Origin: Amoeboaphelidium protococcarum X5
Taxonomy: Eukaryota; Fungi; Aphelidiomycota
Reading direction: 5' to 3'
Assembly (NCBI GenBank): GCA_023515725.1
Contig: JALDTO010000251.1
Location: forward strand, 496,001-560,000
DNA: 64,000 nucleotides
Positions within the stretch are counted from its first letter, which is position 1. The number at the start of each line of letters is the position of its first letter. Shown piece after piece: positions 1 to 12,593 of this stretch. The notes under the pieces are model-generated. The model did no database searches, was not told where the DNA came from, and saw only the letters and a program-made list of their open reading frames with translations. The position numbers were made by a program, and so were the translations under genes.

Positions 1-2
1 CA

Positions 3-3000
3 CAGTTTGGGCGCTTCTTTTAGACCGTAAACGGATTTGAGGAGTTTCATAATCTTGCCTTTTGGAATCTTGAACCCCTTTGGAGGCCTAGTGTAAACCG
101 GTCTCTTTAGGAACGCATTTAAGAAGGCAGTTTTGACATCGAACTACGTAAGTTACCATTTGAACAGTGACGCCAATACTAGAAGAATCCTTATAGTTGC
201 ATACTTTATCACTGGAGCAAAAATCTCAGCCCAATCCATCTCTTACAAGAATCCTCTAATGCACCAGCGCACTTTCCTTCTGTCCAGATGACCTGTTGCA
301 TCAGTCTTATATTTGAAGACTAGCTTGGATGTGAGTATTTATTCACCCTTTGGAACTTAATCTTCGTCAATCAAGATGAATGTGCCATTCTCTACATGAG
401 CAGAGAATTCTTCTTGAGTACCTTCATCCCACTATGGACCATCTGGCAATTTCAATGCAGCATCGTAAGACTGCGGATCTTCAAACACTCGATTCAATTC
501 TTGATAAGCGAATGCACACGTTTGATACACTTTATTGGTGTAGGGATCCACAATATGATACCAATACTCTTACTCCAAGTTCTCCACAGCATCATGGAAC
601 TGCTCGCTATCATCCATATCAGTGGATAGCTAATCTTATTCATAACAATCATCCAGTGCTTAAAACGGGTTGGCAGATACAAAATTAATTGTGGGAGTAG
701 ACAACTGGTGTCTCCTTGATTGGGTAATGCTACGAGCAATCCCTACAATGTCATCCACCTCTATTTTCGGATCATTCACCCTCAGATGCATGTTACCTAC
801 CTCAATTTTGGAGTCTTGCACATCAACTTTCATTACTTTAGTATCATTCATGTCAATTTACAACTGTTTTTATAGCTTCAGGAGAGCTTTGGCAGTCTTG
901 TCAGAAATATCTTCATCTTGATGAGTAATGGCATTATCCATTGGCTAGGTATCCTCCGCAGCGTCAACAAATTCATCGTCTACAGTCTCTTTGGGGACTT
1001 CAGTGACTTCAGCCGGTTCAGCATTTGGTTCGACGTTTATGGATGCTGTAGTTGGACGGGTAGCAGCTGCGGCATCAAATGAAATCTGCGGTTACTCGAC
1101 TAACTCCTCAATGGTTGGATCTACAGCTGCACCAAGTCCTGCAGAGTTGTAAATGTCCTATGCAGATACTCTCACAGCGGACTAATCAGATTCATCCATC
1201 AATTCAAACTACTCCCTTTTGTAGACAAAACTTGGCTAAATCATTGGCGCCTTGTTCTCTAAGAATACTACGTCACGGCTGAAGATAATTTTATTTAGAT
1301 CTAAACTATAGAATCTCCAAGCTTTCTTTTCTAACGAGTAACCAGCAAAGACAGCGGGAAAACTTCTATCGTCCAATTTCTTAAAAGTTGACTTGGAGTG
1401 TCTGACATACGCAAGACAGAACATCGTCCGCAAGTGAAACAGGCTTGCCCTTTTTCCAGTCCACAACTCTTCTGGAAGCTTAAAATTCACAGCTGAATGA
1501 GGCAAACGGTTCTTAACGTAGCATGCTGCCATGATGGCATCTGGCCAAAGAGTGTGAGGAGTGTCAAACACTTTCAAGAACGTACGGGCCATGGACCACA
1601 GCGTCTAGTTGACTCTTTCACTGTTGCCATTTTGCTGAGGAGTATGTGCAGTTGTGCTTTGAATGGCCACACCTCTGTCAGCCAGAAAAGTACGGAATTC
1701 ACCATTGATGTATTCTCCACCCCCATCAGATCGAAACTTCTTCAATTTGAAACTAGATTCATTCTCTACCAACGTCAACCACCGCTTGAAGTGCCCAAAT
1801 GCTTCAGACTTATTCTTAAGCATGTACGACCATAATTTCCTTGTGGCCATGTCCATCAGTGTCATTACGTATTTGAACCCATGAAACGAGCGGATATTGC
1901 ATGGACTAAGATCAGACACCACGAGATCAAGCGGGTTTGAGTAGATAGAATCTGAAGGCTGAAAAGGAGCACGTTGCAGCTTCGTAGAAAGACAATCATC
2001 ACAGAATTCAAAAGTCTTTTACTCACTCAAATTCACATTCACATACTGTTGTTGTCATAACTTATTCACCAACTTTTCAGAGGGGTGGCCGAGACGACGG
2101 TGCAGCGTTTGATAGTTGACCATTACAGACTGCGGCGGCTAGGCATGTTGGCTAATGAGATTGACCACATTCAGCACCTTCTATGGCTACTCAATTACAA
2201 TGCGATAAAGACCTTTCTCTAGGACAGCCACACACAACTTCTTGTTGTTTGCCTTTGACTGGATTACAAACTGGCTGTCAAGGTCAACCAACGTCACCTT
2301 GCCAGAGCTTTTCAGCTTTGACACTGACATTAAGGAGCAGCTAGCACCCGGGAAGTGCATAACATTCTCCAGCTTTAGACAGCGACGCTCACCATCAACA
2401 ACTGCATTGAGGATGACGGTACCAACTCCGGCACACACCAACTCTTTATCACTGCCTCCATAGTTCTGTACCTTCATGCCTGAACAGGCAGACAATTCTA
2501 TAAAAGCATCCTTGTCGTTGCAGCAATGAGTAGACGCGCCAGAGTCTAGAAACCATTCACTACCGCTAACTGTACGATCAGAGGCCATGAAGATTGCGTC
2601 AAAAGAGCTGTCACAATCAGAGACTACCTACGGATTGGTTTACAACAAGTTAGCCGTGGCAGATGGTTTATACTTCTTAACATCTGCTTCCAAATCCTGA
2701 ATTCTCTTATCACATCGTTCCTTTCTGTGTCCACGAGGCTTCGGGCAACCAGGGTAATCACACACAGGATACTCCTTCTTTACCAAGTTGACCTGTTGAA
2801 TATCACCAGCATTTGTTACTTGGATAGAAGGCCCTCTTTACTCGATGTCCTTTGCATCTTTACGCTCCTGCTCATTCAACATTATGGACATCAGAGAATC
2901 AAACGTCAGAGTGGAAGTCTGAGTTGACACGGAAAGTTGCTGCTCAGCGTTTAGGCGGATGTGATCGAATTTGGCGTCAATGCCAAACAGGGAGACTGCC

Positions 3001-3569
3001 AGTTGCAGTTCTTTGAAGCAGACTTTGCCATCATTGTCAACTGCCACTCTAGCATGATGACTAGCAGCCTAGAGTTTGTTCACATACTCAGATAGCTTTT
3101 CGTTCTTGTCTTGAGTACACACAAGCAAATTACGAAGACCAGCCAAGCGATTGACCAGAGAGCCAGTGGAGTAGCGATCCTTCAACAAGTCCCACATTTA
3201 CTTAGCTGTCAACTCTTGAGACTACTGTTCGGCCATCTTGGAGCGTAAATATACCTTGACAGCATCGGTGACATTCTCAAATATGATGCTCTAAGCTTTG
3301 CAGTCAACGACGTAATCACTTGGACCAGTAGCATTAACATAAACGATATTAGCGGTAGAACCATCTGGTTGAGAGGCGGAAGTAGTACTGGAGGATGTAG
3401 CAGAAGGAGGCTAAGGAACTATAGCAGTCCAACATGAATTCTTCTTCATTGTCATTTGCATGTCCATAGACCAAGTTGAGTAGGCTACATTATCAGCACC
3501 TAGTAGTTAGCTTAACTTTGGATTCTAAATTAATACACCAGTATTCATTGGTGGAGCATTCGGTCTCAT
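3..3569 (-). CDS. Copia Gag-Pol polyprotein (single frame, 3' partial)
   Basis: Track ORFs 2838-3047, 2187-2588, 1605-1922, 1236-1592 and 660-851 and the RT segment share one frame. The breaks I inspected are TAA/TAG. ATG at 3569 (MRPNAPPMNTGVLIQNPKLSQLLGADNVAYSTWS). Confidence 0.88.
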
Positions 3570-3573
3570 AATC
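3554..3573 (-). promoter_or_regulatory. Primer-binding site complementary to a tRNA-Met anticodon arm
   Basis: Minus strand GATTATGAGACCGAATGCTC immediately follows the LTR CA. The plus strand reads CGGTCTCATAATC, resembling the elongator tRNA-Met anticodon arm (CAGTCTCATAATCTG). Confidence 0.6.
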
Positions 3574-3703
3574 TGTTAAGAATAGTATAAGAGAGTGAAG
3601 TGAATATGAGATATAACAAGTATATTAACAGTTGTTTCAACTCTTATATGATAAAGAGAGAGAGTGAGTGACTGAAACGCGTCAACACGGTTTCAGCTCA
3701 ACA
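3574..3703 (-). repeat. Putative 5' LTR (~130 bp)
   Basis: Bounded by near-perfect inverted termini TGTTAAG...CTCAACA and directly adjacent to the PBS-like sequence. The second LTR is outside the window, so the outer boundary is unconfirmed. Confidence 0.6.
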
Positions 3704-3776
3704 CGGTACGGTCATTGTAATCTTCTTTTCTTCAATAGCATTTTCTTGAGTAATCTTTTCAAACATAATTGATAGT

Positions 3777-4349
3777 ATGGTGAATCTGAAATTCGTTGCC
3801 TTTTATATCTTTGCTCAGTCTGTGATTTGCCAGCTATCCCCAGGTTAAGTGGAATAATAGCGCTTTGATTAAGAAATTAACGCTTTACTAGCGGGTGCAA
3901 ATCAACCTCAGGGTCCTAGTCCGGGTCAACTGGAGCAATAGCGTTTTGATAAAGAGATGGACAACATGATGGCGGCTGCAAAGCAAGCTCAGCCTCAAGG
4001 TCCAAGTCCAGGATAACTGGAGCAATAGCGTCATGATAAGCAAATGGAAGGTATTGCTGCTGCTGCAAAGCAAGCCCAGCCTCGAGGTCCGAGTCCAGGC
4101 TAGTTGGCTCAGTAAAAACATAACGCTGAGATAAAGAGCTAGGCTGGAATTGCCCCTAAGCCTGCACCTGCGAAAGTTTAGCAATCTTCGCCTCAAACGT
4201 CTGCAGCCAAAAAGAGTACCGATGGAGCTAAAGCAGCTGCAAAGCCTGTAAAATAAGCTAATGCTTCAAAGTAAACTGCTCCTAAACAGTCTGGACGTGG
4301 CGGGTTAAAAAAACGTGGTATCAGCGTAGCTGGCCGCGTTGCTTTGTGA
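3777..4349 (+). CDS. Secreted Gln/Ala-rich protein with four ~27-aa repeats (190 aa)
   Basis: ATG...TGA with TAR=Gln. Hydrophobic N-terminus MVNLKFVAFYIFAQSVIC, repeats (GP)SPGQLEQQRFDKEM, basic tail GLKKRGISVAGRVAL. Confidence 0.85.
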
Positions 4350-5026
4350 TCTTTGCTATGTAAATAGTGTAATTGTACCGCTGTCATTTTGGTTGAAACG
4401 ATGAATGAAATAATGAAATGAAATTTTATTAGAATTTTACTATATTTTCACTCCGTCAAGTCGCATCAGAGTCATTCACCACATACGCAATGTACTAGCA
4501 AACATGGCAATTAATTTACATGGTTGGAAAGTTTGATGTTGTGGCTCTATATTCGTTACCATGATGATATACACTTGTACAGATATAACCATGCAGAGTT
4601 GATGCGCCAAATCCCTAAAACTTCTACTCTTGTCGTTCTTTGTCATTATTATATGATATTGTTTAATGTTTCCCTCGAAAGTATTGTCGTCGCCGTCTGC
4701 TCGTTATCATTTCGCTGTCAAGACGCTGATCTCTGCACACAAAACCTTATCGCCGTGCACGTAGGCCCAAAAGGGGATAAAGAGAATAATGAGACATGAT
4801 GACTGCTCAGCCAGCCGCCTTGTATCCTAATTTTGACTATCAGCCTGCATTTCAGGATCCATCCTCATCCATAATTAATTGATCCACATACTGGAAGATG
4901 TTTAACGACTTTCAATGTGATCGAGTCGGAAAACTCTGAATTTACTTGTCTTACTTTCTTTGACAATTTAATAATGTATACACAAAATATAAAATTATAA
5001 TCCGAAAAATCCCATATATATCAAAA

Positions 5027-6130
5027 TCAGCTGTCATAACGCGAACGTTTAGCGCCAACTACAGTGGGAGGTCGCATTGGATTCTCAGAATCAGACGCGT
5101 CATCTAATTCGTCTTTGTAATTACCAACATCATCCTCGTCTACCAGACCTTAAGTTGTAAAACCTTCACTTGAACCAGCATTGTCGCGTGCTCCTGCATA
5201 ATTCTTATCTACTGGAACATTCTCCCAACTTTTCAACTCATCACCGCATCGCTTAACTAGCCGCTAACCTTCTTCAGCCTGCGTCCAGAATAGACGGCAA
5301 AATTGACCAACAGCATTGGCATCACTAACGACCGCGTCAACAACTCCTTGCGTCTTATGCTTCATCTTCGAGCCTAGTCTTACCTCCATCGCTCTACTCT
5401 TCACAGAATTACGCTGCGCAACAATGTACTTCTGATACACAGAGGAAGACTGTTCAAGCTTTGGATACAAGACCAGATTCACTTTGTCAAATGCCACTCT
5501 CGTCATGCTAGGAGCCAATTTAAATTTGATCATAAATATGTAATATTCAGCAGTAGATGCGGCTGCAAATTCTTCCTCCATATGTTCAGAAAACAGTCTT
5601 TACTCTTGCTCAGTCAATGCAGTAAAATGCGGCTAAAATCGTTGGTAGAAATCATCCACCACAAACAGCTAATCTCCAATTTCATCAGATTAAATGAAAT
5701 CAACCTAATGGACTGCAAATGTGCCGGGAATAACATATAGCGACCTGTCTTAATACAAATCACCATTCACTAATACTCCACGATGAAGATACTTTCCCAC
5801 CGGCTATTCATCCGCCTGATTAAAGCGCTCAATCAAAAATGGTATCTTACGCGTCATTCCAATACCAAAATACTTTTTTAAGGCCCAAGTTGGAGTAAAA
5901 TTCATTGCTTCAGCCTCACTCATTGCTTTCTGTTATCTTTTCATTATAATAGGATCTATAACTGCTCTGGGTATCATGAGGAAAGCAGTAGAAGCTTTGG
6001 CGTGGAGGCCTTAATATACCACATTAGGCGTGATCCACTGACTACTTTTCAGCATTTAGATAGTGGGAGCACCAAATATTGGCACACACAGCACCGCTAT
6101 AAGGTAGAGCAGTATTGTGCCTTGCATCAT
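5027..6130 (-). CDS. Secreted hypothetical protein (367 aa), acidic C-terminal region
   Basis: Signal peptide MMQGTILLYLIAVLCVPIFG. Contains track ORF 5264-5581 in frame and ends GAKRSRYDS-TGA. Confidence 0.8.
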
Positions 6131-6351
6131 ATGCCTCTAAATTTCCTATTAGTGATTCTAATTTCGCGAAGAGAATGATGGGTAAATGTGATTTTAAGGA
6201 GATCATATCAATCATGCCGCATTACTCCTGAAATTTAATATGACTGGAGTCTGGCAGTTTGCATGCCTATCACACCTAACGCTGTAGGTGTTTGAATTAG
6301 ACAGAAGGAGTAGAATAGAAGGGATAAAATATTATATCAAATCTATTTACT

Positions 6352-8928
6352 TCATTTCTTAGAAGCACTGTACGGTGCGTCAAATATCATTTTCGTCGTG
6401 AATCGGCCAGGACCCCGCCCACCTGTGGTACCGTTTCTAGATAAGGACGTTGAGTTGGCAAACTGCGTTGCTGCAGGTGCACTGTCGGTAGCAGCACTTT
6501 TAACAATACCTTGGGCTTTAGACTAAGCCGAATCAGCTGCGGCAAATTTGTCGAGTGTGGCATTACTATCCTACTACGCGCTATTTTACACTTATACTGA
6601 AGACTTCAATTGTGCATTGATCCCACCAGCATTTTTCTAAGCTTAAACATTAGAAGCATTCCCATGTTAACTTACGTGACTGGATGAATAGCTTTAGGAG
6701 ACGGCAGGGGCTGACTCTTTACGCGGCAGATTCAGCTTGATACCATCTTAAGCTGAGGCGCCAAACTTGTTAAAACTGTCCTTCATAACGTTACCTTGGT
6801 CTTGCTAAGTAGTTTATCTACCAGCTAATTGTTCTTTACCTAATGATGCAGGTAAGCCTTATGCTGTTTATGAGAGCGGGCTGACTTTCAGTTCCACAAT
6901 AGGGCTCATTTGCTTTGACACTGCATGTGCACTGGTTGACTAATTATTATTCAGCGTCTGAGATCCCTTATTGGATGAAGCAGTTGGTGAGTTCACCTCA
7001 GAATTGCTGATAGATAAATTATCAAAATCAATACCACGAACCTTGGCAGCCTACTCCAAAATGTCTGCCACTTCACTGTCAATATTGCCGTCAACATCCT
7101 CCCGCACTAGATCCAGTACACAATCTCCATCCTCGGTGAGAGCAGCTAAATTTACAACATCCATAGCTACCATTCTCTTCAATAGTGCCAAAAACTAAGG
7201 CCTTCTCTCAGACTTGGCCAAAACGGATGGCGCAATTTTACTCTTATCTGCCGTTGGACTAATCTGCAGCGGAACCTCTGTCACCAAAGCGTGCAACGGA
7301 GTAAAGCCTTCGCGATCTTTAGCATTAGGTAGTGCACCATGACTTAGTAATAAATCGCAGATATTAGAGTGCCCATACGCGCACGCGTAATGCAGAGCTG
7401 TCAATCCTTGTCCATTTGGGCGATTAATATACAATTTATCATCAATCTTGTTGTGATTCTACTCAAATTAAAGACCATCCATGACTGAAGATCCATAATT
7501 CTACTTGACGACAGTAAATTGCTTAAGAAGCTTTTCAACTTGTTCATACTCGCCATTTTTGCTATAATCTAAAAGGAGAGCGTTCTGATTCCAATTCAAA
7601 GACTTTCTCTTCTTCCCGGTCTATTTTTTGCCACCTGAACTCTATTCTGTGCTTACATCCTGTTGCGATAATCCTTGGGGACTCTTTTAAGCAACCTAAC
7701 TTACGGGAATTGCAGGCGTAGATTACGAACGTCTATAATTATCCATAGAGGGGGAATCTGCATCCAATGCAACATCAGACTCCTTAATTCGGTCCAAGAC
7801 TTTACCACCGGCAATGGAAAGAGTTTTAGCAGTGTTCTATACGACAGCAGGTGCAGATTCCTTTCTCTCAACCACAGGCTAACTATGGCCTCCCGTCCTG
7901 GTCATGATTGATCCTTGGCGTTTGAGGGCAGACTCGTTACCAGAAAGTCGCATCATCTCTATAGCAACTCTGAACAACTTTCTAGTCTGATCATCATCCG
8001 CACAATCCACAGGTCGATAACCTCTATCGTTCTTCTTGTGTGGATTGGCGCCGCATTTCAGCAGCCTATCCACCACATCGCTCATACCTTGAAAACTAGC
8101 CAAGTGCAACGCCGAGTTACCATCACCCCAAACGCGGTTCAAAAACTCCATCAACAGAAGCTTCTATCCTCGCTTGGCAGTGTGCTTATACACAAATTCA
8201 AGAATGTCCAGAGATACCTACTACTCGCCCGTTATCAAGGCAATGTGCAGGAATGAGAGAGGAGAGAGTGATGTTCCAAGCAATTGTGCCCCAATCTCTT
8301 GCAAATCCTAATCAAACTAAAAGTACTAAACATCAGGCATGATAAACGAGTGTCGCCAATTACCGGTCAGTCCGCTCCCAGAAGCACCAGATGCTGCAGT
8401 CTAACCGCCGCCACTAGGAAGTAAATTCTGCGTATTCGTTTTAATTGGAGACAGTGAGAGCCTTCTCTGAGTCTTTGCATGTCTGTCTTCATCCTTTGAC
8501 GACGATCGTTACAGCTACGACTGACCCTGTTTGGACTACTATTGTTGCGCTGCGAATGATGACAGAGATAGATCCTCCTTTGGCTAGTTGTTCTAATGAG
8601 AGTATGCCAATATCGCTTGCAGAAGTAGAGAGCTTTTACATTTCTATGCCAGAGCGTTGAATCTATCCGAGTCTCCGTCAACGATGCTCTTCAGGATCTC
8701 TTCCTCCAGATATTAAATGGGAAACTCTTGTTTGATCTATTTCGGCTTACCATCGCCAGCATCCACAGCATCTTCATTTGAGGACGTTGAATCTAGTGAC
8801 GACTCACTGGCAGATCTCTCCATATCCAAATCCTAGTTTTGCTTCGTCTTGCTCAAATCTTCGGTAGAAGCAGCCTATTGAACAATCTCTGGCACTTATG
8901 CTTTCGGCTTACTGCTAAATAGAAACAT
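6352..8928 (-). CDS. Ankyrin-repeat protein with two ANK modules (~858 aa), possible PP1 regulator
   Basis: ANK motifs GNSALHLASF, GLTALHYACAYGH and GFTPLHAL in one frame from ATG 8928 to TGA 6352, with Ser/Gln-rich linkers. Confidence 0.85.
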
Positions 8929-9516
8929 TCTTCGCAGAGATGTATTGTCTTGGGGTACACAGCTGATATATAGATTATAATCGAACTATTTATTATAAGA
9001 AAACAAGGCAGTGTTTATTAACAAGAGCAGTCAGAGAATAGTGGTAATCAATCAATCAGTTTAACAGTGATTAGATGTGGTATCCAAGGCATAGTCAAGA
9101 GCTAAAAATACAGAGCAAAACAAACAGTTCTGGTGTATGAAGCGAAGCGGGTTAAAAGGACTAGCATGGTGCGATAAACGAGTTTAACGATGGTTTTAGC
9201 AGACTAAGATTGCTAATCACTAACAACTATTTTGTATAAGCATTCTCTCTGCTATTGGGGTTGATGTATAGTACGTGTTTCAACTGATTAAAAGGCGATC
9301 GTGGTTGAAACGTCTCGGTGTTGTAAAGATTTAAACAATGCGACTACGTACGGTACTTGTTAAGAGTGCCAGCAATATATTGGTTATTGAAATGAAAAAT
9401 GCATTTTTAATAGCTGTAAAAAATGAAATTTATTCTTAATACCATACAGTATCTTCATGATTATCATCATTTAAAATCATGTACTTAAAATCATATTGAA
9501 TCTGACCAAAATAAAT

Positions 9517-10614
9517 TCAACCCAGCAAGTTGCCAAGACCGCTCATGAATGGAATACCACCCTTGCCGGTGCCTTTTCGCTTATCACAATCCAAAAGAGA
9601 GCTGACTTTACCCAATCCTTGAGTGATGGGATTTTACTATGGAGCAGTAGACTTTGGAGATTATCCAGATGCGGATGCAGATGCTTGAGCACCAGCCAAT
9701 GGACTCTTGACTCTAAACATGTCCATGGCTCCAGAGAGCAAAGAGTTTATATAAGAGCCATGAGACTTGTCGACATTCGAATCCGAAGACGGCTTAGACT
9801 TTGTCGGAGGGGGAGAAGGATTAGACTGAGGAGCAGCTTATGGATTGGACTTTGCAGGCTTAGTAGCTGGAGTAGGTGTTGAAGATTGAGGAGTATACGC
9901 AGGAGCATTTGCAGTAGGTTCCTAGTAAGCGGGAGCATTTGGCGCAGGCGTGTCCTAAACAGGAGCCTCGTACGAAGGTTCATTAGCGACAGGAGCTTCA
10001 TATGCAGGAGCATTCCATGTACGAGGTTCTGGTGCTGGTGCTTATTCAGCAGGAGCTTCATAAGCTGGAGCATCGCCAGATGATGCTGATCCCTCAGAAG
10101 GTGCATCACCAGACGGAGCAGACTGTGATGGAGCGTATCCACTTGAGCACTATTCTTGTTCACCAGGGCATGACGCGAAGACTTGCACCCAATAACCGGA
10201 GCAGTAACCAAAGCCCATATATTTGTACTTGGCATTATCAATGTTCTGTCTATGACCTGGAGATTTGATCCAGTCATTGAATACATCTTCTGGGGTCTTT
10301 TGAGCTTTATGAATGTTTTCAGCGATAGCATTCCATTTGAAACCAGCGCCAGAAATTCTGCTGGAAATGCTGCTTCCATCAAGGCCAGTGTGGTCATAAT
10401 GACCAGTAGACGACATCACGGAAGCATAAGTATCAGCAGCAGAGTTTAGCTTGTCGTTGAGACAGAGAGGAGGGATTCCACTAGCCACGCGCCGCTCATT
10501 GCACAGGTCGAGGACGCGTTAAGCAAATTGAGCTTCGTCTTGAGCCATGACCGAGACAGTTGACATTGTGGCGACTAGCAGCAAAATTTATTCTAAATAC
10601 TTGTATAATTACAT
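9517..10614 (-). CDS. Secreted CAP/SCP (PR-1-like) protein 1 with Pro/Ala-rich linker (365 aa)
   Basis: Signal peptide. CAP motifs NERR..., HYDHTG, AENI, WIKSPGHRQNI, YWVQVF. APAYEAP-type repeats. Ends KRKGTGKGGIPFMSGLGNLLG-TGA. Confidence 0.9.
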
Positions 10615-11375
10615 CTTAATTCTATATATGAGAGCGATTTGATTATTGTTATTAGATGTTTGAGTTTGAATAGAAAGAGAAGTACGATATCGAACACATT
10701 CCATGTCATGTCTTACCAGCCTGCTGACATGCTGTAACATAAGATGATCAAGTAACGCCAGCAATGCAACGTATGACCACAGATTAACCAAAGAGCGTTG
10801 ACAAATGACTTTTTAAAGTCACACCATGTAACAACTGACTAAGATCATACGCCAGTCACATTCAACGCCTGACGTTACATCAAACATCATTCGACCTTAA
10901 ACTTCGACATTGCCATTACAGCTATAGTTATGACGTCAGGGAAGATGTACTGTACTTCAATTAAGCTCGACAGTAAAAGCGCTTAAAGTTGGGTGACACT
11001 TGACGCGAACGTGGTCATTTTACTAGACTTTCAATTGAACCATATTAATGCATCGTATATTACCGTACATTTAAAATAGAACTACACCTCTATTATGGTA
11101 TGACACTTATAAAGCATATATCTTCTCTTCTTTTTATGTCCCAGCAGTTTAAAACATCAGCGGCGCTCAGTAAATACTCTAATGTGTAAAGTATTGCAGA
11201 TAATTGCAACAAAATTATTGCCAAACTAGGCAAGTATCGGCGAAGGAAACTGTTGAAAATGAAAGTTTTACAGGTAGCAGAAAATACACCCAAAGTACAT
11301 CATATAAATACATTAAACTATCAACAATCAGAGGGTAATCAACAGACCTTAAAATAAACATATGAACATGCAACT

Positions 11376-12593
11376 TCAACCTGACATGAATTTGAGAGCG
11401 CCTTTGCCAATACCGCGATGCGATAACGTTTGACATGCAGTTTCGAGAATTTCCGGTTACTTTTAAAGAGCAGGCAAAATACCACTGACGATGCTTTTAA
11501 AAAGCGTTAAAATATCAACTTTCGAAAGATCAAGAGACAGCGGTCTTTCGCCATTAGATGCAGAAGATCCGGGAGTGCTCTGCTTCTACTTGCCCGGTGA
11601 TAGCTCCGGAGTTGGAGCGGTCATAGGAGAAGATTCGCCAGCAGCTGAGACAGCCATCGGTGGTAGACCAGCAGAGGATTAAGATGGCTAAGATATAGGA
11701 GGAGTAGAGCTATTCTTTTGTAATGCAGAAGTACGTTTCTCCGGCAATACTTGCATCTTACTTTGAGCGGAAGACGGCAGCATGGTCTAAGCCATTTACA
11801 GCATTTAGAGAATCCTATTAATTGGAGGCAATGTAGCCGGCTTGTCCTGAGACTGAGCGGTCTCCTTTATAGGAGATGGCACAGATGGCTGCTGAGAAGG
11901 TGTATTCATCGGCTAACTGTTCATTGAAGGAGGAGTAGCGTTAGGACTTGGAGAGGGAAGAGTAGGACTAGGACTTGGAGAAGGAGATGAAGGACTTGGA
12001 GAAGGGGGAGAAGAAGGAACATTAGCAGGAGCAGGAGCAGGAGAAGGAGATGCCGCTTATCTGCTCGACTAGTCTTATGCATTCGGTTTAGCATTAATAG
12101 GCTGAGCTGGTTACTGATTAAACTGTAAAGGCGCTGGTGGACCGCCTCCAGCTGTACATTTCTCGTTATCAGCCGTAGCGTACACCATCACCCAAATTTC
12201 GTTTGAATTACCAACTCCAGTCAATTAATACTTTGGATCAAACATAGCCACGCTGTGTGAGGGAGAGCTAACCCAACCACCCACGGCTTCTTGATACTTT
12301 TTGCATTTAGCAAGCACTTCACTAGCAGAGCTGAATACGAAGCCAGCAGCTTTCAGACGTTCACCAATAACACTACTATCCGGTCCGGTGTGACTTAACG
12401 TGCCAGAGGAATCAAGAAGTTACGCGTATTTCTGCGCAACCTTGTTGAGTTTGTCATTCATACAAAGGGCTTGAGCTCCCTTTTTAGCACGCTCAGAGTT
12501 CACATCCTTTAGCAGATTTTGAAGATCGGCACTTGTGAATGAGATTAAACTGGTCAAAGCGATAGCGATAGTTAGCAGAGATTGGATATACAT
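11376..12593 (-). CDS. Secreted CAP/SCP protein 2 with Pro/Ser-rich linker (405 aa)
   Basis: MYIQSLLTIAIALTSLISFTSA, VNSERAKKGAQALCMNDKL, LSHTG, WVSSPSH, IWVMVYA. Ends HRGIGKGALKFMSG-TGA. Missed entirely by the standard-code track. Confidence 0.9.

Larger units (their letters stand above)
1..3703 (-). mobile_element. Ty1/copia LTR retrotransposon (5' LTR, gag, protease, integrase, start of RT; runs off the window start)
   Basis: Domain order gag-PR-IN-RT on the minus strand. Motifs: zinc knuckle CDYPGCPKPRGHRKERC, protease WFLDSGAS, integrase FRSDGGGEY...TPQQNGNSER, RT FAPV...QFDVKTAFLN...KSVYGLK. A TG...CA-bounded LTR lies upstream. Confidence 0.95.

Noticed and set aside
3888-4387. Minus-strand track ORFs with RTRTLRL repeats
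   Set aside because: Antisense shadow of the Gln-rich plus-strand gene. Leu-rich antisense ORFs arise from CAR/TAR codons.
4524-4799. 91-aa plus-strand ORF
   Set aside because: Non-ATG start, no recognisable motif, intergenic composition.
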